64,000 bases of DNA. Origin: Candidatus Wildermuthbacteria bacterium. GTDB taxonomy: Bacteria > Patescibacteriota > Minisyncoccia > Minisyncoccales > UBA10102. How positions within the stretch are numbered: position 1 is the stretch's first letter; every line of letters starts with the position of its first letter. The stretch is taken from assembly GCA_016186115.1 (NCBI GenBank), contig JACPMK010000003.1:154470-218469 (forward strand), written 5' to 3'. The notes beneath the pieces are model-generated. The model was given only the letters and a program-made list of their open reading frames with translations, searched no databases and was not told the DNA's origin. The position numbers and the translations under genes are program-made. Of this stretch, positions 55,854 through 63,457 are shown in pieces.

Positions 55854-57647
55854 ATGCAAGAGAATATCCGCAATTTCTGTATTATTGCCCATATTGATCA
55901 CGGAAAATCGACGCTTGCCGATCGGTTGTTGGAATTGACCAAGACCATCGAAGAAAGAAAAATGCGGGAGCAGGTGCTGGACTCGATGGAGTTGGAGCGT
56001 GAGCGGGGAATTACTATTAAAATGACCCCTGTCCGTATGCTCTATACGCGGACAGGTCCGCAACAGACAACATATATGCTGAATTTGATTGATACACCGG
56101 GGCATGCCGATTTTTCGTATGAGGTTTCGCGCTCTTTGGCTGCGGTGGAGGGGGCGGTCTTGCTGGTTGACGCAACCAAGGGGGTGCAGGCGCAGACCTT
56201 ATCGAATATCAAGCTTGCGCAGAAACAGAATCTCGTATTAATTCCCGTAGTCAATAAAATCGATTCTTCGCTTGCAAGGCCAGAAGAGGTGGCGCAGGAG
56301 ATTGCTGATCTTTTGCATATTCAGAAGGAAACTATTATTCGCATTTCTGCAAAACTTGGTACAAATGTAGAGCAGTTGCTTGAAAAGGTAGTAGAAAAAA
56401 TTTCTCCGCCCTCCGGAAATTCAGGCGCTCCTTTGCGAGCTCTTATATTCGATTCTTTATTCGATCCTTTCAAGGGGGTAATTGCGTATGTCCGTATTGT
56501 GGATGGGGAGTTAAAGACCGGAGAGCAGATTCTTTTTTTGGGTACTGGCGAGAAAGCCAGCGCAAAGGAAATCGGATATTTTGCGCCCCAAGAAGTTTCG
56601 GTGCCAATCTTGCGGGCAGGCGAGATTGGGTATATTGCCACCGGCGTAAAAGAGCCAGAGCATGTCCGCATCGGCGATACTATCTCTAAACCCGGCGCAA
56701 GCGGAGAAATGCTGCCCGGATACAAAGAGCCAAAGCCGATGGTGTTTTTAAGTTTTTATCCGCAAGACCCCGGCGATTTTAATGCTTTGAGGGATGGGTT
56801 TTCCTACCTTAAGTTGAACGATCCTTCTTTTACGTTTGAACTCGAATCCAAAGATGCACTGGGACGGGGATTTCGCTGCGGATTTCTTGGAGTGCTGCAT
56901 TCTGAAATTATCGCAGAGCGCGTACAGCGCGAATTTCATATTGAAATGGTAATTTCCCGTCCTTCTGTTGAGTATCGCGTGAGCGATATGCAAGGAAAAA
57001 CTTATTCGGTGAAAACCCCGTCTGATTGGCCCGAAGAAAAACAACTTACAGCGATGGAAGAGCCATGGGCAAGAGTAGAGGTGCTTGCTCCTCAAAGCGT
57101 ATTCTCGCAAGTCGTGCAATTATTCGAGAAAACAGAGGGAAATCAGGTTGATTTTCTGCCAATGGGAGAAGGCCGTCTTTTGATAAAGTATGAAATGCCC
57201 TTGCGGGGCGTTATGAACGATTTATATGACAGATTGAAGGGCGCGACGCAGGGGATGGCATCGATGGACTACGAGCTTTGCGGATGGCGCTCTGCAGATT
57301 TAGTAAAGCTGGATATTCTTGTTGCGGGAATAAAAGAGGAGGCATTCGCAACCATTATTCCGCGTATTCAGGCATACGATGAGGGAAAGCGTATTGTTGA
57401 AAAATTGAAAGAATTATTGCCAGCGCAGCAGTTTGAAGTGGCGCTTCAGGCGGTTGTGGGAGGAAAAGTTATTGCAAGAGAGACCATCAGGGCGAGGCGG
57501 CGCGACGTGACCGCGCCCTTGTATGGGGGAGATGTGACAAGAAAACGCAAACTGCTCGAGAGACAAAAGAAAGGCAAAAAAGAATTAAAAACAAAAGGAA
57601 GGGTGATCGTCCCGACTCGCGTTTTCCTCGACGTCTTCCGCGCATGA
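55854..57647 (+). CDS. lepA: Translation elongation factor 4 (LepA)
   Basis: IRNFCIIAHIDHGKSTLADR, DTPGHADF, NKID, and the LepA C-terminal domain. Confidence 0.95.
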   Translation: MQENIRNFCIIAHIDHGKSTLADRLLELTKTIEERKMREQVLDSMELERERGITIKMTPVRMLYTRTGPQQTTYMLNLIDTPGHADFSYEVSRSLAAVEGAVLLVDATKGVQAQTLSNIKLAQKQNLVLIPVVNKIDSSLARPEEVAQEIADLLHIQKETIIRISAKLGTNVEQLLEKVVEKISPPSGNSGAPLRALIFDSLFDPFKGVIAYVRIVDGELKTGEQILFLGTGEKASAKEIGYFAPQEVSVPILRAGEIGYIATGVKEPEHVRIGDTISKPGASGEMLPGYKEPKPMVFLSFYPQDPGDFNALRDGFSYLKLNDPSFTFELESKDALGRGFRCGFLGVLHSEIIAERVQREFHIEMVISRPSVEYRVSDMQGKTYSVKTPSDWPEEKQLTAMEEPWARVEVLAPQSVFSQVVQLFEKTEGNQVDFLPMGEGRLLIKYEMPLRGVMNDLYDRLKGATQGMASMDYELCGWRSADLVKLDILVAGIKEEAFATIIPRIQAYDEGKRIVEKLKELLPAQQFEVALQAVVGGKVIARETIRARRRDVTAPLYGGDVTRKRKLLERQKKGKKELKTKGRVIVPTRVFLDVFRA

Positions 57648-57683
57648 TACGTCCCTGCCTTCTTGAAGAATCAAGAAAATCCT

Positions 57684-57779
57684 TTAGAATAAAGGAGCGA
57701 GGAGGTACCCCACCATGCTGATGGCGACGAGCAGGACGAGAATCGCCCAAGTGACGCGAATGAACTTTTTGGAAAGCAT
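57684..57779 (-). CDS. Candidate 31-aa single-TM micro-protein (MLSKKFIRVTWAILVLLVAISMVGYLLAPLF)
   Basis: ATG-to-TAA ORF in the 140-nt gap between lepA and the divIC-like gene. It has a basic N-terminus and one hydrophobic helix. A hairpin at 57660-57677 lies between it and lepA. Confidence 0.3.
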   Translation of the reverse strand: MLSKKFIRVTWAILVLLVAISMVGYLLAPLF

Positions 57780-57787
57780 ATTCTTTT

Positions 57788-58195
57788 ATGGTAACAAGAG
57801 TTTCAAAAACACGCAAAAATCATTTTTCTTTTTCGCGTAAAGTGGCTACGGGTTTGACGGTTTTGACGCTGTTGGGCATTATGGGAGTACTATTGTCTGC
57901 GAATGCGCGAATTGCCGATAAGCGCAAGGAATTGCTCCAGAAGCAGGAAACAGTCCAGGAGCATATTCTTCGTATCGAGCAGCAGCGACAAGAACTTGAA
58001 CAAGGAGTTCTGGACAGCCAGAATCAAGAATATCAGGAAAAGATTTTGCGAGAAAGGGGTCTCTACAAAAAACCAGGCGAAGAGGTGGTCACCATTTTGA
58101 GGCCAGAGGAGCAGAAAAATACATCAGAGCAAAACACGAAACAGCAGTCATGGTGGTCCCCCATAGAAATGTATCATCGTCTGTTTGGGAAATAA
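57788..58195 (+). CDS. Septum formation initiator-like protein (FtsB/DivIC family)
   Basis: A single N-terminal TM followed by a coiled coil (KRKELLQKQETVQEHILRIEQQRQELEQ) and an RERGLYKKPGEEVV-type C-terminus. Confidence 0.6.
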   Translation: MVTRVSKTRKNHFSFSRKVATGLTVLTLLGIMGVLLSANARIADKRKELLQKQETVQEHILRIEQQRQELEQGVLDSQNQEYQEKILRERGLYKKPGEEVVTILRPEEQKNTSEQNTKQQSWWSPIEMYHRLFGK

Positions 58196-58207
58196 GTTGA
58201 ACGTGAT

Positions 58208-58278
58208 GCGAGTGTGGTTCAATGGTAGAATGCGACCTTCCCAAGGTTGAGACGGGGGTTCGATTCCCCTCACTCGCT
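58208..58278 (+). tRNA. tRNA-Gly (anticodon CCC)
   Basis: Hand-folded cloverleaf: acceptor gcgagtg/cactcgc, anticodon stem cgacc/ggttg, loop ttCCCaa, T-loop ttcgatt. No encoded CCA. Confidence 0.85.
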
Positions 58279-58281
58279 CAT

Positions 58282-58353
58282 GCCGGAGTAACTCAGAGGC
58301 AGAGTAGCTGTTTCGTAAACAGCAAGTCGCGAGTTCGAATCTCGCCTCCGGCT
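58282..58353 (+). tRNA. tRNA-Thr (anticodon CGT)
   Basis: Acceptor gccggag/ctccggc, D stem actc/gagt, anticodon stem gctgt/acagc, loop ttCGTaa, T arm gcgag-ttcgaat-ctcgc. No encoded CCA; followed by a T-tract. Confidence 0.85.
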
Positions 58354-58361
58354 CTTTTTTA

Positions 58362-58390
58362 TTGCATTTTTTTCAATTTCTCCGTACAAT
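58362..58390 (+). promoter_or_regulatory. sigma70-like promoter of prfB (TTGCAT-17nt-TACAAT)
   Basis: -35 at 58362-58367 and -10 at 58385-58390. The ATG at 58400 is 9 nt downstream. Confidence 0.5.
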
Positions 58391-58399
58391 ATACTCGAT

Positions 58400-59501
58400 A
58401 TGCTAGATATTGCGCAGGAATTGAACGAACTCTCTAACCGCCTCCATGAGTTGGAGGACTGTCTTTGACATTGCCGAAAAACGCAACCGAATCCGAGAAC
58501 TCGAGAATGAATTTCAGAACCCGGCATTTTGGCAAAACAAGGAACGCGCTGCCAAGCTAAATCGCGAACTTTCTGAAACAAAAGAAATTGTGGCGCAGAT
58601 CGAGGGTTTCCAGCGCGAGCTTAATGATGCAAGGGACTTAGCAAAAATTTCAGAAGGGGATATACATTCTATTGAAGGGATCGAACGGCAACTCAATGAT
58701 TTCAAAGACCGCATTCGGCAGGAAGAACTCAAGACCTTTTTTTCTGCAAAGTATGATCATGGCGATGCGCTGCTTACGATTACCGCCGGTGCCGGCGGCC
58801 AGGATGCCCAAGATTGGGCCGCACTGCTTTTGCGTATGTACCAGCGCTATTGCGAAAAGAAAGGATGGGCTGTAAAAATTCTTCATCAGTCGTTTGGAGA
58901 GCAGGGAGCAGAGGGGCGCATCGGTATCAAGCACGCGCTTCTGGAAATTCAAGGACCTTTTGCCTACGGATTTTTGAAAAAAGAAACAGGAGTGCATAGG
59001 TTAGTGCGCATCTCGCCATTTTCTGCAAAATCCTTACGGCATACATCATTTGCTTCGGTAGAAGTACTGCCTCGTATCGATATGGTGGAAGAAAAAAGTA
59101 TTGCCATTAAACCAGAAGATGTGAAGTTGGAGCTGACAAGGTCTTCCGGTCCCGGCGGGCAGAATGTGAACAAGCGCGAAACAGCCGTGCGTTTGACTCA
59201 CATTCCAACAGGAATCGTTGTCGAGTCGCAATCTGAACGTAGTCAGCAACAGAATCGGGATCAGGCAATGGCAGTGCTTGCCTCAAAATTGTATCAGCTT
59301 CAGGAGCAGCAGCGGCAGCAGGAAGTGGCCGCGCTCAAGGGCGTGCAAAAGCCAATTGAATGGGGAAGCCAGATACGTTCGTATGTGTTGCACCCGTATA
59401 CTTTGGCAAAAGATCATAGAACCGATGTTGAAATTTCCGATGTACATTCGGTGCTCAATGGCGAACTCGATTCATTCGTGGAAGCAGAAATAAAATTATA
59501 G
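58400..59501 (+). CDS. prfB: Peptide chain release factor 2, requires programmed +1 frameshift: join(58400..58465,58467..59501)
   Basis: Frame 0 encodes MLDIAQELNELSNRLHELEDCL and then meets an in-frame TGA at 58466. The +1 frame continues DIAEKRNRIRELE...SPF...SGPGGQNVNK. Confidence 0.9.
58454..58469 (+). promoter_or_regulatory. RF2 autoregulatory +1 frameshift site (SD-like GGAGG, CTT TGA C)
   Basis: ggaggactgtCTTTGAC: an internal GGAGG lies upstream of the classical CUU UGA C slippery/stop context. Confidence 0.85.
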
Positions 59502-59513
59502 AAGAATACGATC

Positions 59514-60209
59514 ATGGCAACTGAACCGCTGATACGATTCCATCAAGTTACAAAATTATACCCTCCCGATACCGTAGCATTGGAAGATATTGATGTGGCG
59601 ATCGAGGAGCACGAATTTCTTTCTTTAGTAGGGAAATCCGGTGCCGGCAAAACAACATTTCTCAAGCTGTTGCTTAAAGAGGAGGAGCCAACCAAGGGAG
59701 AGCTTTTGAGCCGGGGAAAAAATCTTGCCGGCATGGAAGGGAACGAGCTTTTGGATTATCGGAGAACAATCGGAGCAATTTTTCAGGACTATAAACTTCT
59801 GGACTCCAGAACCGTGTACGAAAACGTTGCTTACGCGATGGAGGTTTTGGGAGCTCCAGACGATGCGATCAGGCGCGATGTTTCAGAGGTGCTCAAGGTG
59901 GTGAATCTTCTTCATAAAATTGATCAATTTCCCTTTCAACTTTCCAACGGCGAAAAACAGCGGGTGGCAATCGCGCGCGCACTGATCCATCGGCCCCAAA
60001 TAATTTTGGCGGATGAGCCAACCGGCAATCTCGACCCTTATCACACCAGAGATATTGTCCGCCTGCTCTTGAAAATTCATGAATTTGGGACTACCGTACT
60101 ACTAGCAACCCACAATAAAGAAATCGTGAATTTGCTGGGTCGCCGCGTGATCACCTTAGACGATGGGAAAATCATACGAGACGCACAAGAAGGAAGGTAT
60201 GTAATCTAG
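59514..60209 (+). CDS. ftsE: Cell division ATP-binding protein FtsE
   Basis: GKSGAGKTT Walker [16 protein letters not shown] signature, and [11 protein letters not shown] Walker B. It is adjacent to ftsX. Confidence 0.9.
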   Translation: MATEPLIRFHQVTKLYPPDTVALEDIDVAIEEHEFLSLVGKSGAGKTTFLKLLLKEEEPTKGELLSRGKNLAGMEGNELLDYRRTIGAIFQDYKLLDSRTVYENVAYAMEVLGAPDDAIRRDVSEVLKVVNLLHKIDQFPFQLSNGEKQRVAIARALIHRPQIILADEPTGNLDPYHTRDIVRLLLKIHEFGTTVLLATHNKEIVNLLGRRVITLDDGKIIRDAQEGRYVI

Positions 60210-60212
60210 TAT

Positions 60213-61127
60213 ATGAGCATATTACTTTCATTTCGAAGAATTTTTGCCTCGGGCTGGAAAATGTTTATTCGCGACCGTAGTTCAACAGGCGCGGCTTTGC
60301 TTGTGATGACGATCGTCCTGATGCTTGTTTCGGGTTGGTTTATGCTCGAGGGGGTAAGTGAATTCTTCCTCAAGAATTTACAGGATCGGATTGACATTAG
60401 TACCTATTTTAAGGACTCTGCCACCGAGGCGCAGATTCTTCAATTGAAAGACGAGCTCGCAAAGTTCCCCGAGGTAAAGGAAGTGGACTATATTTCCAAA
60501 GAAGATGCTTTGAATAAATTTGTCGCAACGCACAAAGAAGATCAATTAATTTTGCGTTCGCTTGACGCCCTTGGAGACAATCCTTTGCTTGCTTCTTTGA
60601 GCATTAAAGCATGGGCGCCAGAATCATTTGAAAAAATATCGACATTTCTCGAAGCTAGTTCCTTTGCGCCAGTTATTGAGAATGTTGACTATCGGGATCG
60701 GGCTCCGGTGATTGAGCGTATTGCAAAGTTCATGGCCAACATACGCAATGGGATACTTGTGGTCAGTATGGGAGGCAGCATTGTAGTTTTTCTTGTGCTG
60801 TTTAACACTATCCGACTTGCTATCTCCCATTCCAAAGAGGAAATCGAGGTGATGCGACTGGTGGGCGCCTCAAATCTGTTTATCGGCGGACCGTTTATTG
60901 TGCAGGGGATTCTGGTGGGGCTTATCGCAATGTTCATTCTTTTTCTTCTTAGCTTTCTTTCGCTTCCTTTTATTGCTCCCCGTCTGGAAGCCGCACTCGG
61001 AGGATTCAATTTCTTTTCTTATTTTACAGATCACCTTTTTCTTATCCTTGGTCTCCAAGCAGCGGTTGGAATTGGTCTCGGCATTCTTTCAAGTTTCCTC
61101 GCCATCCGCAAGTACTTGCGTGCGTAA
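60213..61127 (+). CDS. ftsX: Cell division permease-like protein FtsX
   Basis: An N-terminal TM, an extracytoplasmic domain, and 3 C-terminal TMs with the RLVGASN motif. Confidence 0.85.
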   Translation: MSILLSFRRIFASGWKMFIRDRSSTGAALLVMTIVLMLVSGWFMLEGVSEFFLKNLQDRIDISTYFKDSATEAQILQLKDELAKFPEVKEVDYISKEDALNKFVATHKEDQLILRSLDALGDNPLLASLSIKAWAPESFEKISTFLEASSFAPVIENVDYRDRAPVIERIAKFMANIRNGILVVSMGGSIVVFLVLFNTIRLAISHSKEEIEVMRLVGASNLFIGGPFIVQGILVGLIAMFILFLLSFLSLPFIAPRLEAALGGFNFFSYFTDHLFLILGLQAAVGIGLGILSSFLAIRKYLRA

Positions 61128-61132
61128 AAAAG

Positions 61133-61203
61133 CTGCGGGGCTTGGATTCGGACCAAGATACTCGCCTCCAGAGGGCGAAGTCCTACCATTAGACGACCCC
61201 GCA
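61133..61203 (-). tRNA. tRNA-Gln (anticodon CTG)
   Basis: Minus-strand cloverleaf: acceptor tgcgggg/ccccgca, D stem gtct/ggac, anticodon stem tcgcc/ggcga, loop ctCTGga, T arm cttgg-tccgaat-ccaag. No encoded CCA. Confidence 0.8.
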
Positions 61204-61323
61204 ATAACATCAATAGTATATCCTATTTTCCGGAAAAATCCAGAGAAGGGGGGGTATCTTGCTATAAACTCACGGCCGTGAGTTTTTAGCCGGATAGCAT
61301 TCTTTTTTGGCTTGCCATTCTAG

Positions 61324-61353
61324 TTGGCAGTGACCGCTAGGTTTTGATAGAAT
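61324..61353 (+). promoter_or_regulatory. sigma70-like promoter abutting the ATG (TTGGCA-18nt-TAGAAT)
   Basis: -35 at 61324-61329 and -10 at 61348-61353. Exactly 6 nt separate the -10 from the ATG at 61360. Confidence 0.55.
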
Positions 61354-61359
61354 AAGTTT

Positions 61360-61788
61360 ATGAATGGGAATAAAGACAAGAAATTTATTGCGGTGGCGGT
61401 GGCGTTGGTGAAAAGAGGGGATGAAATTTTAATGACTCTCCGAAATGAAAAAGCGCTCCCTGAAGCGCATTTGAAATGGGAATTGCCCGGAGGCAAAATT
61501 GACTTTGGAGAAACTCCCGAACAAGCGCTGATTCGGGAAATACGCGAAGAAACCGGATATACAGTAAAAATAATTGATAAAAATCCGATTATACGCACCC
61601 ATATTTGGGAATATCCCACATTATCTTTGCATGCGCTTTGTTTGGGATATAAATGTAAAGTAGTCGACGAGCAGAAACCGAAAAACGATCCAAGCATTAA
61701 AGCCATCGCTTGGAAGAAAATCCGCGACTTGGATTATTCCCAAACCCTCCGCGGCACCAAAGAATTTCTAGAGGCAATGAGGAAATAA
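61360..61788 (+). CDS. NUDIX hydrolase
   Basis: Nudix box GGKIDFGETPEQALIREIREETG. Confidence 0.85.
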   Translation: MNGNKDKKFIAVAVALVKRGDEILMTLRNEKALPEAHLKWELPGGKIDFGETPEQALIREIREETGYTVKIIDKNPIIRTHIWEYPTLSLHALCLGYKCKVVDEQKPKNDPSIKAIAWKKIRDLDYSQTLRGTKEFLEAMRK

Positions 61789-61823
61789 GAAATACGTAGG
61801 TAGCCTCATAGACCAAACATAAA

Positions 61824-61851
61824 TTGACATCCCCTTTTGCAAAATTATAAT
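61824..61851 (+). promoter_or_regulatory. Consensus sigma70-like promoter abutting the ATG (TTGACA-16nt-TATAAT)
   Basis: -35 at 61824-61829 and -10 at 61846-61851, with 6 nt to the ATG at 61858. Confidence 0.6.
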
Positions 61852-61857
61852 GAAAAC

Positions 61858-62067
61858 ATGCCTTTAACCAAGCAGGATTTAAAACAAATAAAAAAGGTTG
61901 TTATTGAGGCGGTTGATCCGTATTTTACTGCAATACAACAAGATTTTGGGCAAGTATATGGGCGTTTCGACAGAATCGAAAAGCTCATGCTTGCGGATCA
62001 TAAGAGGCGAATAGAGAAACTCGAGCTAGAAGTGCGCGAACTAAAAGATTTGCTCGCAATAAAGTAA
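61858..62067 (+). CDS. Small coiled-coil protein (69 aa), paralog of 63076-63318
   Basis: The ATG at 61858 is preferred over the TTG at 61837, which lies inside the promoter. The shared C-terminal block is RFDRIEK..L.DH+RRIEKLE..V+EL+D.LA.K. Confidence 0.6.
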   Translation: MPLTKQDLKQIKKVVIEAVDPYFTAIQQDFGQVYGRFDRIEKLMLADHKRRIEKLELEVRELKDLLAIK

Positions 62068-62128
62068 ATTATTTATTGATGCCGACTAGAGTCAGTTGCT
62101 TAACTTAGTTAAGCAATCCATAGTTGAG

Positions 62129-62149
62129 TCGCCATAGAGGCGATTTTTT
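62129..62149 (+). terminator. Rho-independent terminator
   Basis: tcgcc / ataga / ggcga followed by tttttt. It is preceded by a second palindrome, ttgcttaacttagttaagcaa. Confidence 0.55.
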
Positions 62150-62163
62150 GGTAGAGTAAAACA

Positions 62164-62283
62164 ATGATTGAATTTATCGTTCGTGCGTTGATACAGAAAA
62201 ACGAGAAAATTCTTAGAAATGAGGGAAGTTTAACTTCCTTCCCATTCCTCCATCTATTTGATTTTTTGTTTAGAATTTGGTAG
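62164..62283 (+). pseudogene. Possible 5' remnant of a NUDIX gene interrupted at a hairpin repeat
   Basis: MIEFIVRALIQKNEKIL resembles the first beta-strands of the neighbouring NUDIX proteins (VHLILQKGEKIF). The frame then runs into repeat A1 and nonsense sequence. Confidence 0.25.
62219..62241 (+). repeat. 23-nt hairpin repeat A, copy 1 (partner 63364-63386)
   Basis: atgagggaagtttaacttccttc versus atgagggaagtttgacttccttc is 22/23 identical. The core ggaagtt-n-aacttcc is palindromic. Confidence 0.8.
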
Positions 62284-62326
62284 AAGTAAGCATAAGAAAA
62301 AGGGAGGAAAGAGAGGTAAATAAACT

Positions 62327-62779
62327 ATGCCAGGAGAAAGATTTAAAATTACCCCAGCGGTACATCTCATACTACAGAAAGGGGAGAAAATTTTTCTTTC
62401 GCTTCGCAAGAACACGGGATGGCATGATGGAGAATACAGTTTACCCTCCGGGCATTTGGAGGGGAATGAAACATTGCTGGAGGCAATGACAAGAGAAGCA
62501 AAAGAAGAAATTGGCATTACAGTCGCCTCCGAAGATTTGCGACTGGTCCATGTAATGCATAGGAAACAATCAGATCAAGAAAGGATTGACTTTTTCTTCT
62601 CCGCCACGAAATGGTCTGGCGAACCCGAAAATAAAGAGCCCGAAAAATGCGGGGGTTTGGGTTGGTACGAAATCCCTTCGCTCGGGGTAATCTTGCCGAT
62701 AGATATTATTCCTTATGTCGAGCAGGCAGTACGACAATCCTTCGGAGGAAAATTCTATAGTGAATATGGCTGGGATTGA
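62327..62779 (+). CDS. NUDIX hydrolase
   Basis: Nudix box GHLEGNETLLEAMTREAKEEIG. An SD-like AGGGAGGA lies upstream. Confidence 0.85.
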   Translation: MPGERFKITPAVHLILQKGEKIFLSLRKNTGWHDGEYSLPSGHLEGNETLLEAMTREAKEEIGITVASEDLRLVHVMHRKQSDQERIDFFFSATKWSGEPENKEPEKCGGLGWYEIPSLGVILPIDIIPYVEQAVRQSFGGKFYSEYGWD

Positions 62780-62788
62780 GCAACTCTC

Positions 62789-62816
62789 TTGACGACTATG
62801 GTTGGGCTGGTATAGT
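62789..62816 (+). promoter_or_regulatory. sigma70-like promoter (TTGACG-16nt-TATAGT) driving a non-coding transcript
   Basis: -35 at 62789-62794 and -10 at 62811-62816. No credible ORF lies downstream before the terminator at 63010. Confidence 0.5.
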
Positions 62817-62822
62817 GAAAAC

Positions 62823-63038
62823 ATCTGGAGGAGGACCTGTGCCGGGAAAATCGAAGAGGCCTCTTACCAGTTGGTTGTGTGGCGTGGTAGGTGAGAGTGT
62901 CCTTGGGGATTGACGGACGCTCTATGCGTTCCTTGCCCCTCCTTTTCGGGTGGACATCTCTCTCGTTGTGGGAGGCGTGATCCCGGCCACGCCCGCCCCC
63001 AACTAAAATAAAGGACGAGTTTATCTCGTCCTTTTATA
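62823..63038 (+). ncRNA. Candidate structured small RNA (~215 nt, GC-rich, rod-like; 6S-like architecture, family unassigned)
   Basis: It is bounded by the promoter at 62789-62816 and the terminator hairpin at 63010-63034 plus a T-run. The ends pair as an interrupted ~15-bp helix (62827-62846 with 62982-63000). Inner helices are 62859-62865/62970-62976 and 62893-62902/62952-62962, with a large asymmetric internal loop. Confidence 0.45.
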
Positions 63039-63039
63039 T

Positions 63040-63069
63040 TTGACACCCGTTCTATGTCGCCAGTAGAAT
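63040..63069 (+). promoter_or_regulatory. sigma70-like promoter abutting the ATG (TTGACA-18nt-TAGAAT)
   Basis: -35 at 63040-63045 and -10 at 63064-63069, with 6 nt to the ATG at 63076. Confidence 0.55.
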
Positions 63070-63075
63070 AGATGT

Positions 63076-63318
63076 ATGGAAAGTAATAACCATGAAGTTA
63101 CCAACGAGGAACTCGCAAGAATGGTTGCGAAGGGCTTTGAGGGAGTTCCGACAAAGCAAGAAATGAACGCACGTTTTGATGAGGTGAGTGACCGATTCGA
63201 CAAAATCGACAAGCGTCTCGAGCATATAGAGAAATTTTTGCTTGAGGATCACCGCAGAAGAATAGAAAAATTGGAGGAACAAGTGAAAGAGCTGCGCGAT
63301 GCGCTTGCAATGAAGTAA
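63076..63318 (+). CDS. Small coiled-coil protein (80 aa), paralog of 61858-62067
   Basis: The C-terminal DRFDKIDKRLEHIEKFLLEDHRRRIEKLEEQVKELRDALAMK aligns with the other copy. Confidence 0.6.
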   Translation: MESNNHEVTNEELARMVAKGFEGVPTKQEMNARFDEVSDRFDKIDKRLEHIEKFLLEDHRRRIEKLEEQVKELRDALAMK

Positions 63319-63329
63319 AATAGCTGTAG

Positions 63330-63347
63330 ACAGGCTTAGCCTGTTTT
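63330..63347 (+). terminator. Short terminator hairpin related to the 43304-43322 palindrome
   Basis: acaggc / tta / gcctgt followed by ttt. It shares the core acaggct(a/t)agcctgt with the palindrome at 43304-43322. Confidence 0.45.
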
Positions 63348-63363
63348 AGATATAAGGGAAGTT

Positions 63364-63386
63364 ATGAGGGAAGTTTGACTTCCTTC
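63364..63386 (+). repeat. 23-nt hairpin repeat A, copy 2
   Basis: See 62219-62241. It is preceded by a partial extra gggaagtt unit. Confidence 0.8.
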
Positions 63387-63457
63387 TCAAAAGACGAGTC
63401 AAGAGCTTGTCCTTTTATATTTGAGAAATTTCTAGCAAAGCACAGCGTCTTAATTCT

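Noticed and set aside
58222-58437. 71-aa ORF spanning the tRNA-Gly/tRNA-Thr region
   Set aside because: It is fully explained by two well-folding tRNA genes and the prfB promoter. The peptide has no protein-like features.
60898-61281. ORFs 60898-61281 (+) and 61031-61213 (-) downstream of and overlapping ftsX
   Set aside because: They are out of frame with the well-supported ftsX gene and run across the minus-strand tRNA-Gln. They are most likely spurious.
61266-61285. Perfect 20-nt palindrome aaactcacggccgtgagttt upstream of the NUDIX gene
   Set aside because: It could be a terminator for read-through from ftsEX, or an operator. It is a single copy with no adjacent gene end, so there is too little evidence to call a function.
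62823-63038. Assignment of the candidate ncRNA to SRP RNA or tmRNA
   Set aside because: It has no GNAR-tetraloop/AGCA domain-IV motif (compare GGUCCGGAAGGAAGCAGC) on either strand. It also has no tRNA-like acceptor/T-arm and no tag reading frame. It is left as unassigned and 6S-like.
62864-63046. 60-aa minus-strand ORF inside the candidate ncRNA region
   Set aside because: It has a GTG start inside the neighbouring promoter and an Arg/Pro/Gly-rich sequence typical of translated GC-rich RNA. It also reads through the terminator stem.
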